From contig NC_057718.1 of NCBI RefSeq assembly GCF_004010195.1, positions 49,810,090 through 49,830,089 of the forward strand: a stretch of DNA of 20,000 nt. Reading direction: 5' to 3'. Below, one piece after another: positions 1 through 9,312 of this stretch. Both the position numbers and the translations under genes were made by a program. Source of the DNA: Chiloscyllium plagiosum (taxonomy: Eukaryota). The notes under the pieces were generated by a model that saw only the letters and a program-made list of their open reading frames with translations, was not told the DNA's origin and searched no databases. How positions within the stretch are numbered: position 1 is the stretch's first letter; every line of letters begins with the position of its first letter.

Positions 1-885
1 TCCCCCATCAGCATGGTCTCAGGGCTCTCAACTTTTTCCTGGAAAAAAGGACCTGAACTGACTCCATCAATGACCGCTCTCCTCTGCCTGGCCAGGCTCG
101 TCCTCACTCTAAACAACTTCTCCTTAATTGTGCTCATTTCCTCCAGGTCAGAGAGGTGGCATGGGTATTCACATGAGCCCCAGTTATGCCTGTCTCTTTC
201 TGGAGTACGTGGAACATTCCTTGTTGCAGTCCTATTCAGGCTCCCATCCACAACTCTTTCTCCGGCATATTGATGATACCATTGGCACTGTTTCCCTCTC
301 TCCTCGGGAATTGGAGAAACTTATCAATTTCACTTCCAATTTCCACACTGCTCTCACTTAAGCCTGGTCCACGTCTGACTCTTCCTTTCCCTTCCTTGAC
401 ATCTCTGTTTCTGTTTCTGGGGAAAGGCTGGCCACCAATATCCTACTACAAACCCACTGTCTGCCACTGTTAACTGGACTATACATCCTCGCACCCTGCT
501 TCCTGGAAAAAACTCTGTTCCATTCTCCCATTTCCACAATATCCTTTGCACCTATTCTGAGGATGCCGACTTCAACAAGGGTACCTCTGAAACGTCCACC
601 TTCTTCCTCAACTGAGGATTCCCCAGTACTGTAGGTGACAGAGTGTTCAGCTGGATCCAACTCATCTCCTCTAATTTTGGTCCTCACCCACTCTCTTCCC
701 TCCCACAATAGCAATAAGGTGCCCCTCGTCCTCACATCCATTCCATCAACATTCACGTCCAGAGGATTATTAGCCGCCATTTCTGCCACCTCCAGACACA
801 GATACTCCTCCCCTCCCTTCACAGTTTTCCACAATGACTGTTCCCTGTGGGCGACCCTGGTCCACTCCTCCTTCACTCCCAAATG
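1..885 (+). mobile_element. Penelope-like retroelement (PLE), degenerate reverse transcriptase region, running off the window start
   Basis: Frameshifted translations LLCLARLVLTLNNFS and GMGIHMSPSYACLFLEYVEHSLLQSYSGSHPQLFLRHIDD (HIDD at 266-277 in place of YIDD), then LINFTSNFH, FPSLTSLF and YYKPT. These match PLE RT motifs (GxAMGxxMxPSYACLF, RYIDD, FLD, YYKPT). Many stops and frameshifts. Confidence 0.9.
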
Positions 886-978
886 GACATGAGGAATGTT
901 GGATCAGCCATGATCCTATTGAATGGTGGAGCAGGCTCATGGGGCTGAACAGCCTACTCCTGTTCTGATTTTTTATGG
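886..978 (+). mobile_element. CR1-type LINE/SINE 3' tail fragment
   Basis: gatcagccatgatcctattgaatggtggagcaggctc...gcctactcctgttctgattttttatg resembles the CR1-clade 3' UTR as I recall it from sharks. Confidence 0.75.
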
Positions 979-1564
979 CCATGACTCTAACATAATAGGA
1001 TTGGGAGCATGAGTACTGCTCAGCATAGGGTTCAAACAGGGAAACTAATCTTCTGGTTAGTCACATCTGCCTGTTTGGCAGTGCCACTCAAAACACTCCA
1101 ATTCCCACTGTTTGGTACATGGATGATCGCAGTGTGATTCCTCACACACACAAACAAAGGGCCAAAGAGAAGAGAATACTCTCAGATTCGATCTCCCACA
1201 GACTGATCTGGAAATATGAGGACAGTTGATCACTCAGCTCTTAGACTTTGAAGCAATTTTAACTGATCACCTGACTTCTGAGTTCACTCTCTTCTACATA
1301 GAGATTAGGTGCCCAAGTTACTTAAAAATAATTCAAAGCAATTCCCAATCCCCGAGTGTTCACTTCCAACATTATTAGCCCGGTGAATATTTGATTGATC
1401 CTGGGAATGCTTTGAATTCCGAAAGAAACACACAGCCCAGTTTCAAGGCCTGATGTTCTTGGCACTAACGTCCTGGCTGTTGATATGATAGTGACTCCTG
1501 ATTGCCCTGAGAATGTTCTGCCCTTGGAGAAAACCAATTTTTCTCTTATTTTACTTTGGACTGT

Positions 1565-1622
1565 ATTTTTCTGATTGATTTTCTAGATTTTCAGCATCTG
1601 CAGTCCTCACTATCTCCTAACT
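1565..1622 (+). mobile_element. 5'-truncated copy of short PLE-related element (3' end only) with 10-bp TSD
   Basis: cagcatctgcagtcctcactatctcc matches the 3' end of the copies at 7668-7781, 9197-9312 and 19188-19334; flanked by tttggactgt at 1555-1564 and 1623-1632. Confidence 0.7.
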
Positions 1623-1677
1623 TTTGGACTGTGCCCAAGTACAACAGAATATATGGTTGTATGTTTTCTGAGACCAT

Positions 1678-2480
1678 TGTTATGATCCCTGATGGGACAA
1701 TCAAGTATGTGTTTTGGCCTGGCTAGGTATCAATAGCTTTTGTTTTTGCTTAAAGTGGACAAAGGTTGAAATTGCAGATATTTCTGAAGAGAATAAAGCC
1801 TCAAGATTCCACAGGTTTGAACAAACAAACTGCCGAGAATTAGAAAAGTAAAACAATGTGCTTTATACTCTGAGATTAATGATTAATATGTGGTTCATAT
1901 GGGTAAAGCCCCCACGTGTAAATTATTGATATTGCTGGCACCAAATCCAATTAAAATGTCTTATTTACAAGGGAGCTTAATTTGTCACATTCTAAGATCT
2001 AGCTTAGAAACCCCATCTGACACCTCATTATCAAATACTTCCATAAGTACTCATGTTCTGGCAGTTCAATTGTTTCCACTGAAGCTGCATTCATATAGAA
2101 TCCTGAGACTGCACTGTAGAATCTACTCACAGCAGATGTCCACTCTTTCATAGATAGTTAGCTTCACTAGATTGACATTAATTTGGGGTCTCTCTGAGCT
2201 TCAATTTAGCTCTACTGCATGAAACAAACAACACAGCACTCCCCACTCCAACTCTCATTCACACTGATTATTCAGTGGTACCTAAGGTTCCTTCTGAGCC
2301 TCAATTGGTTTCAGGATTTCTAAGCCCTAAACCCAACTCTTAGCTACACATACTGGCACCCAGGGCTTGTGTGAGTCATAAAAGGCCAGCCAAAGACAGC
2401 GACATCTTTTCAGTATGAGGCCTCTTCCCTGCTGCTGACTACAAGCCAATCATGTGGCTTATCATGTTGATCCCACGGTC
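1678..2480. mobile_element. Possible degenerate LTR-like repeat; right boundary uncertain
   Basis: Begins tgttatgatccc (TG terminus) and loosely resembles the organisation of the TG...CA element at 11875-12467. No clear 3' end or TSD found. Confidence 0.25.
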
Positions 2481-2509
2481 AGATAGTCAAGCCACCACCA
2501 CCCCACAAG

Positions 2510-2942
2510 TACCTGGCAACTGCTCTTCCTTCGACCACAAGAAACTACAGAAAGTTGTGAACGCAGACCAGTCCACCACGCAAACCAGCCTTCTATCCAT
2601 TGACTCTGTCTGTACTTTCTGCTGTCTTGGGAAAGTAATCAACATCATCAACACCATCAAAGATCTCTCCCAACTCGGTTATACTCTCTTATACCCTCGT
2701 CCGTCAGGCAGAAGATATAATAGTTTGAATACCCAAACAAATAGCTTCAAGAACAGCTTCTTCCCTGCTGATATTAGACTTTTGAATGGATCTCTCAAAT
2801 GTTAATTTTGATCTCTCTGTCTCTCTCTGTCTGTCTCTCTGCACCTTCTCTGTGACTGTAACAGTATTCTGAACTCTGTTCTGCTACCCTGATGCACTTT
2901 GTATGGCATAATCTGCCTGTCTCATATGCAAAACAACACTTC
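2510..2942 (+). mobile_element. Rex1/Babar-type LINE 3' end (ORF C-terminus plus 3' UTR), split by an insertion
   Basis: KKLQKVVNADQS...IKDLSQLGYTLLYPRPSGRRYNSLNTQTNSFKNSFFPADIRLLN matches the Rex1/Babar C-terminal pattern LQRVV...IIKDPSHP...LPSGRRYRS...NSFFPxAIRLLN. The 3' UTR resumes at 3844. Confidence 0.85.
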
Positions 2943-3479
2943 AGAGTTCTTTGACTAACATCAACAAATCCATCATTACAGGTTCAGTGGCTGAGAAGTC
3001 GAACTGCATCAGTATTATCGTGTCTAATGTAGCAGTGACCATAGACTATACTTCAATCTTGTTCTGATTTGCACAGAAAGATTAATTAATTATGTAATCT
3101 GGAATTGATCCAAGAAATATGTTGTCTCTTATAAAAAAGATTTTTGCACTCATCCTGCTGGTGCTAAAGAATAAAATATATTGCTGTTCAGGTATATAGT
3201 GTCACATGAGCTCGCAGCCCTCACCTCATAGATGTATATTACTCTGCATGAATGCAATAGTTTACTGCTTGCATTATGTGATCTTTCTGGGCAAGAAAAT
3301 GGGCAAAGAAATGAACAAGGATAAATGTGCTTTAGTCTCCCAAGTACTGGGTCCTGAGTCTAAGATGCTTTCCTTAAACTGTTTATTTAGCACACAGAAA
3401 CTACATTCTTCCTTTCAATGCTGAAAAGAAACATTGCAACAAGTAAGGAAAATTCTAATGAATGTGAAATAACTCCACA

Positions 3480-3593
3480 GAGACTGATATGCTGTCACCC
3501 CGTCTCCCTCTTTTTACACTTGGACTGTCCTTGACACTGATCCAACTTCCTCAGAGCGAGCTCTCAGACTGAACAGAACCTCTGACACTCCTG
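3480..3593. mobile_element. Partial LTR-like repeat related to the solo LTR at 13741-13981
   Basis: tgacactgatccaact...gaacagaacctctgacactcctgtt aligns with tgacacagacccagct...gagcagaacccctgacacttctatt (about 13808-13871); truncated by the element at 3594. Confidence 0.55.
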
Positions 3594-3843
3594 TTTTTTT
3601 TCCCTCTGACCGTCCTGTTTATTAATTTTTAAAAAGTTATTTAACCCCCACACTACCGCCTGAACTGCGGTAGTGCTTATTCTTTCCCCAGCACCCATGC
3701 TGTGTGTGTGCAGGTGTGGGACACAGTGAGAGACACAAGGTGCACAAATCTTTATTCAAATTTCCACCACCAGGAAGAAAGGAAACACCCAAGTGGCCAG
3801 TGACAAGCAGTGCCCTTCACATCAAAGGGCAATGCTGTGTGAT
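3594..3843 (-). mobile_element. Probable LINE (L1/Tx1-type) 3' UTR fragment
   Basis: T8 run at 3594-3601 (poly-A on minus), AATAAA on minus at 3618-3623, perfect 9-bp stem cactaccgc/gcggtagtg at 3651-3675. Family assignment is from recollection only. Confidence 0.5.
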
Positions 3844-3915
3844 AAAACAACACTTCTCACTGTATCTGGGCACATGTGACAACAATGAATCAGTCAGTTA
3901 ATTAATCAATCAATC
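3844..3915 (+). mobile_element. Remainder of the Rex1/Babar 3' UTR with (AATC)n-like tail
   Basis: aaaacaacacttctcactgtatctgggcacatgtgacaac...aatcaatcaatc; contiguous with the 2770-2942 sequence in the uninterrupted copy at 7872-8088. Confidence 0.8.
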
Positions 3916-4574
3916 CTGAATGCAGTTGCTTAAAGATGAAATTGGAATAGTGAGCCAACAATGTGCAGTGTGTCCAGCTTTGTGTGTGCCTGTCAAAATA
4001 TCAGGGACATGCCAGTAGTTGGTGTTCTCAGCCATCACTCTTCAAAAACAAAACAAGCTTGGATTTCTTATCACAACATATTTAGGTACTCACCCCACTT
4101 CTGATCCTTTTAACCTCTGATTCTGTTTTAATATGTTAGTTTCTGACACTGTAAGGGGTAGGCCAAAATTTAACTTTAATGGTAGCATGTGGTGTCTTGG
4201 AAACAAATCTCAGATCAGGGCACAAGCCTTTTGTTGATCTTGGTATTGATATTTTCAGCATTTGCATTTCCAAACAAACTATTGTTCAACCGAAGTGACA
4301 AGATTCAATTTCCCTCTCTTGAAATTTTGCCGAAAACTAAAATTGCTCAGGGAAAGGACAATCTCTATGTTGTCATTTTGAGTGAACACAAAATATTCTG
4401 CCATCTTCCAATTCGAGACTGGGCTCACAAAAAAATTAAAGCCATGATTACTCTTGCAAGCCACAGCTCCACCTTCAACCTTTCGTCTCAAAGTCCTTGG
4501 GTTGCCTGTGAGCTCATGTTTGTGAGCCCATTTGTTTGCAACTCGACGGTCACTATTCGCTAGTAGCTCTCAAA

Positions 4575-4870
4575 GCAGGATTTTGCCCCAGCTACAGCAC
4601 TGAAACAGTTATTATCAAAGTGACAAATGTTACTTGTTTCTGGCTGTATTGCATTATCATTCTCCACCTATCTGCAAACTTTAACACAGTTGGCCACACC
4701 ATCTTCCTCTAACATCTCTCTTCAGCCCTGTATCTGAATAAAACTGCCTTTGTCTGGAGCCACTTGTAACTGTCCAATAATAACCAGAGAATTTCCTGCA
4801 ATCCTGTCTTTCTGCATTTACACCAATTCCTTTGGAGGATTCTTCCCATTTCTTATTTCCTCTCCCCTAC
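4575..4870 (+). mobile_element. L2-clade LINE RT fragment (degenerate)
   Basis: GFCPSYSTETVIIKVTN from 4578, then IILHLSANFNTVGHTIFL*HLSS...TAFVWSHL*LSNNNQRISCN, matching L2 RT GFRxxHSTETALIKVTND...LDLSAAFDTVDHxILLxRL...WFxSYLSNRxQ. Confidence 0.8.
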
Positions 4871-5049
4871 CTGACCTCGCAGTGAAGTAAAGCACAAAGC
4901 ATTGATATCAGATGGACAAATCGATTTCATGCACCAATGTCAGGTAGTCAGCACAGAAGGTGAATGAGTTTGTAAATCGGAGCCCAGGATGCCATTTTAA
5001 GTAAGCAACTGACAAGGATTTGAGTATTTTAAAGAGCCAAATGTTTGGA

Positions 5050-5520
5050 AATGTCATTGCCTGCTGCATTAGTTGGGCATCAAACAGCAAAAGGTTTTGG
5101 GCCTGCTTTCAAGCAGCTGTGGTGAGGTACAGAAGGCCAAATGGAAAATCAGCCAGGGAGATCCTGGCTGCATGGAGCAACAGAATCTGCTGGGCAAGAT
5201 GGCAATGTCTGTGTGTTTGTTGACATCAACTTTTCTAAAACTTCCGTAAGAAATAAATAGAGATTGACAGAACAGCAATCTTTAAATTTGTAGCCATGTC
5301 CAATTTTATTTTCACTTCCTCGTAACTCTTCAGCCACATGGTGATCCAGCTAGACACCTGATTGGACATAGAACACCTCTTTGACATCTTAATCAAGCCA
5401 TGGACTTTGGAATACTGAAAAATGTGCCCAATTTATAGCGAACAAGAATAACCAATATATGAGAAGCTTGATTTGGCTGGAAGTTATAATATCCCAGCAC
5501 AATGCAACAGTGAAGTCATA
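5050..5520 (+). mobile_element. Possible pogo/Tigger (DDE_1) transposase remnant
   Basis: Frameshifted motifs in the expected order: AWSNRICW (~WxSNxKAW), NSSA (~DNxSAH), MDFGILKNV at about 5400-5430 (~QPMDxGIIKNFK), GW..STMQ (~AW..TIxNC). Highly decayed. Confidence 0.35.
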
Positions 5521-5883
5521 AGTTAAATAGACACTGATCAGCTAAATGGTCATTAACAGGACATCAGCAATGGGAAAAGACAGAGGTGAAATTGAGCAGG
5601 GTTTATTCACCAATGACAGCATCCACAACTCTGTGGTTGAGAATAAGAGGGGAATTATTCGGTGTGTTGGCATGTTAACCATCAACCTGAACTTCATAAG
5701 TCTGATCAGTAAGGGGTCCAGATTTGAATTATTTTGAGAATTGCAAGAAGCAAGAAGTGACTAAAATGTAGAATGTTTATCTCCATCTGTTAAATCATTT
5801 TCATTTAAATAATGTTGGGTGATAGGTACATACCAGATGTCAGTGCATGGTTAATTGCAATCATATATAGTTACTACATGACA

Positions 5884-6150
5884 GTTTATTGCTATTAATA
5901 ACATAACATTTTCTGCTTAAATTGAGTTGTTTCATCAGTAATTTGAAAGCACTTGTAAATGTTTGCAATTGTTAATGTCACTGTAAAGAAATGTGTGGCA
6001 CTCAAAGGAAACAGCATGTATAATTCCCTCAGATAGAGATAAACCATTATATTGTGGGGCATGATTCAAATAGACTGTAATGAAATGTGCGTCAATATTG
6101 AAGTATGTCACAGCAGTCTGTGACATTTGCAAACTCCAACACATACTGAA
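5884..6150 (+). repeat. Dispersed direct repeat, copy 1 (~265 bp)
   Basis: Colinear with 7062-7330; shared blocks include aatgtcactgtaaagaaatg, atagagataaacca, tgcgtcaatattg and agtatgtcacagca-tctgtgacatttgcaaa. Confidence 0.9.
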
Positions 6151-6457
6151 AGGTGGGGTTTGTTTTCAACTATCAGATGTTTGCATTGCTCCAAATGGCT
6201 TTGCGTGGTACTCAGAGAGAAAATATTAGCTCAAAGCAGAAATTCTCATCAGTGTCATTTAGCTTATGAGGTCACTATTGCATAGTGCTGGTATATTATA
6301 GCTTCCAGCTAAAAAATGTCTTCTCATACATCAATTAGTCCTGTTATTTCTAAGTTAGTTACTATTTTCTCTGTATTCGAAGGTCTATGGCTTATTTGAC
6401 AAGAGCAGTCACTAATCACATGGTTAATATCTCCAGTGCACAACATACATCTTTACA

Positions 6458-6545
6458 TCAAAAAAGCAGAAATTGCTGGAGACACTCAGTAGGTCCAGCA
6501 GCATCTGTGAGAAAAAGCAAAATCCAATGACCTTTGTTAAGAACG
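6458..6545 (-). mobile_element. Short PLE-related element, second subfamily, degenerate
   Basis: gcagaaattgctggagacactcagtaggtccagcagcatct resembles gctggaaaagcgcagcaggtcaggcagcatct of 7668-7781; possible imperfect TSD atctttaca (6449-6457) / atatttaca (6546-6554). Confidence 0.55.
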
Positions 6546-7061
6546 ATATTTACACTACACACAAAATGAAAATATTGCTGCCAGGTGAAATGCAATCTTA
6601 TCAACTATTCTTATGCACCAAAACAACTTTTCCACTGTATTGACTGCTATCGAGGAGCCATGTAGTACTTTGCAAAGTGGGAATCAAAATTTATCGTTGT
6701 ATGCTACAATGACAACTTGAAGAGACAGCCTTTACTCCTAGCAACAGTACACAGTTCGCAATGCAGGAGCAGGAAGGAAAGGAGGTGACCTAGACCGCCT
6801 TTTGTGATTGTGCTGTCTTTGAAGAAGACAATAGGGTGTAATACATGAAACTGCAACCCCATTTTTCCATTTACCAACAGTTTCACACTATCCACGCTCT
6901 CTGACCATCACAGAGTTTACCTCACTGCCAAGCAAATGTAAAATACAACAGAAAACAAAAAATATCTGGAAAAAGTTTATGAATAAAACTAAATAAAAAT
7001 ATTTTTTGTTGCATTATAAAGTAAAGTATCATTTTGCATTCCCTTTACACCTGTCTTCTAT

Positions 7062-7330
7062 GTTTATCGTTATTAATAACTTAATATTTTTCTGCGTTTA
7101 AATCAAGTTGTTTCATCACCAATTTTAAAGAACTGACAAATGTTTGCAATTACGAATGTCACTGTAAAGAAATGCATGGCACTCAAAATAAACAATATGC
7201 ATAATTCCCTAAAATAGAGATAAACCAAGCTATTGTGGGACATAATTCAAATAGGCTGTAATGGAATATGCGTCAATATTGGAGTATGTCACAGCAATCT
7301 GTGACATTTGCAAAATCCAACATGTACTGA
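7062..7330 (+). repeat. Dispersed direct repeat, copy 2 (~265 bp)
   Basis: Diverged copy of 5884-6150; both copies end in tactga. Confidence 0.9.
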
Positions 7331-7667
7331 TAAGAGAACAGTGCAGAACATCACTAGTGGGGGAAGCTGCAGATGGCTTTGGAAAATGACTCCAGCAGCT
7401 GACTCTATAAGACACCTGCCGTACCATTCTGCAGAACAATAATGTGGACTGACTGGCTGACAAAGAACAGCAATAACATTAGCACAGTGGCACTGGGCGG
7501 AGGAATGAGGGCGGTCAGCAGATTTGTTATGCTCCATGGAGCAACTGCTGGGGGCAGTGTTTGGACAATCAATCAATTCCTTTTGCAGAAAAGATTGCTG
7601 AGCTGCTCCAACATCATGCCAGTCCACATGAACATTATGATCCACACGCATGGTGGCAACAAACTGT

Positions 7668-7781
7668 GAGGAGAAAGTGAGGTCTGCAGATGCTGGAGAT
7701 CAGAGATGGAAATGTGTTGCTGGAAAAGCGCAGCAGGTCAGGCAGCATCTAGGGAACAGGAGAATCGACGTTTCGGGCATT
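7668..7781 (-). mobile_element. Short PLE-related element with 3' half of a hammerhead motif, 9-bp TSD
   Basis: Minus strand reads aatgcccGAAAcgtcgattctcctgttcc...ccagcatctgcagacctcactttctcc. TSD acaaactgt at 7659-7667 and 7782-7790; the empty site is seen in the duplicate at 8277-8383. Confidence 0.9.
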
Positions 7782-7871
7782 ACAAACTGTCACTAACTAA
7801 GCTGATAGCTGAAGTGTAAAATCGAGTGAGATGTTCTGTGTCTGTTGCATGGCTGCTTTGCTGTTCCTCCA

Positions 7872-8275
7872 GACATTAGACTTTTGAATGAACCTCTCAA
7901 ATGTTAATTCTGATCTCTCTCTCTCTGCACCTTCTCTGTGGCTGTAACATTATTCTGATCTCTGTTCTGCTACTCTGATGCACTTTGTATGGCACAATCT
8001 GCCCATCTCACATGCAAAACAATACTTCTCACTGTATCTGGGCACATGTGACAACAATGAATCAATCAGTTAATTAATCAATCAATCCTGAATGCAGTTG
8101 TTTAAAGATGAAATTGGAATAGTGGGCCGACAACGTGCAGTGTGTCCAGCTTTGTGTGTGCCTGTCAAATTGTCAGGGGCATGCCAGTAGTTGGTGTTCT
8201 TGGCCATCACCCTTCAAAAACAAAACAAGCTTGGATTTCTTATCACCATATATTTAGATGTTCATCCCCCTTCTG
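7872..8275 (+). repeat. Local segmental copy of 2770-2942 joined to 3857-4103
   Basis: Colinear match including non-LINE flank (gatgaaattggaatagtg, gtgtgtccagctttgtgtgtgcctgtcaaa, aaaacaagcttggatttcttatcac); lacks 2943-3856. Confidence 0.95.
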
Positions 8276-8276
8276 C

Positions 8277-8383
8277 CACTCATGGTGGCAACAAACTGTC
8301 ACTAACTGAGCTGATGGCTGCAAGTGTGAAATCGAGTGAGATGCTCTGTATCTGCTGCATGGCTGCTTTGCTGTTCCTCCAGA
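8277..8383 (+). repeat. Direct duplicate of 7645-7873 without the 7668-7790 insertion
   Basis: catggtggcaacaaactgtcactaact...catggctgctttgctgttcctccaga occurs on both sides of 7872-8275. Confidence 0.95.
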
Positions 8384-8456
8384 GCCTGGTCAGGTGGCAG
8401 ATTGTCTGAAAGGTGAAAGGCAGGACAAGTATATGATTATACCATTGAGAGTCTGA

Positions 8457-8545
8457 TGGCATTGTGGTAGTGTGCCTACCTCAGACCAGAAGCTTGAAGG
8501 TTAAAGTCCCACCTACCCTGGTGGTGCATCAGGTTGTTTAAAATA
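8457..8545 (+). mobile_element. tRNA-derived SINE head fragment
   Basis: A-box-like tggcattgtggtagtg and B-box-like ggttaaagtccc separated by about 25 nt; resembles a common shark short repeat. Confidence 0.5.
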
Positions 8546-9196
8546 ACTCTGCTTACACCATCATCAGCTTGTAAACCAGACAACAGTGCAGGATGAGGAG
8601 CTGGTAGAATGTGCGAAGGAGAATTAGTGAGAGGAGTACCATTAGCTTTAATGGTTTCAGGCTCTCCACCGACCACGGCCTCAGACACATTCCCTATGAC
8701 ATGACACTCACTGATACATTCCCTCTCTTGCATGGAAAGGTGATGCACAAGACAAGGGCATAGAAATTAAGTGGAAATTGAGTTGACACTGCTTGTCTTT
8801 ATGGGATAAATCATTCCTGAGTCTGTGGCCATCATCAGGGTTGAAACCATTGACGATGAAGTTCTCTGTATCCCAATCTGTTTCTCTTATCTCACTTCTC
8901 CCTAGTCCCACAATCTCTTTGAACTGGAAAGCTGCAAATGGTGTAATCACAAACTTCTTGTTTCCTACTTATCCTTCTTTACAGGACAATCACTACTGAA
9001 TTTTCCTTTTAGATATCAAAAAGGCAACTTGCCAACAGTGAAAAAGTAGGAAGACAGTAATGACAGTGACAAAACATCACTTGTTGTGACCCTTGCAGCC
9101 AGCAGTTTAGATACTGATTTTGCACAGAATGTACAGGATAGCATAGAACCAGGATAAAATGCTGGGCTCCTGAGAGGGCAATGGGAAAAGGTAATG

Positions 9197-9312
9197 ATGA
9201 ATGCCCAAAATGTCGATTTTCCTGCTCGTCGGATGCTACCTGACTTGCTGTGCTTTTCCAGCATCACACTGTTGACTCTCATTTCCAGCATCTGCGGTAC
9301 TCACTTTCACCT
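9197..9312 (+). mobile_element. Short PLE-related element with decayed hammerhead motif, 10-bp TSD
   Basis: atgaatgcccaaaatgtcgattttcctgctcgtcggatgctacctgac...ccagcatctgcggtactcactttcacct; TSD aaaggtaatg at 9187-9196 and 9313-9322. Confidence 0.9.

Larger units (their letters stand above)
7335..8450 (-). mobile_element. Possible PIF/Harbinger transposase (HARBI1-like) remnant, disrupted by duplication and insertions
   Basis: Minus-strand peptides in the expected order: TICHL (about 8400-8415), SISLDFTLAAISSVSDSLL (~GISQxxVxxxIxxVTDAL), ELIDCPNTA (~GAIDCTHVA), GRCLIESAAG (~FRCLDRSGG). Each match is weak alone. Confidence 0.35.

Noticed and set aside
358..882. 174-aa minus-strand ORF
   Set aside because: Antisense to the Penelope RT remnant; no independent protein features.
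1108..1190. VWYMDD resembling an RT catalytic motif
   Set aside because: No neighbouring RT motifs recognisable in any frame; likely chance.
2452..2805. 117-aa ORF as a host gene
   Set aside because: It is the Rex1/Babar LINE C-terminus with an incidental upstream ATG.
4189..4563. 124-aa ORF with a signal-peptide-like hydrophobic stretch
   Set aside because: GTG start, no recognisable domain, no convincing splice sites; unsupported.
6700..6960. Possible piggyBac cysteine-rich C-terminus or exon
   Set aside because: Cys spacing is not recoverable in any frame and all plus frames contain stops.
8457..8545. tRNA gene
   Set aside because: Only degenerate A/B boxes; no cloverleaf or acceptor stem; better explained as a SINE head.
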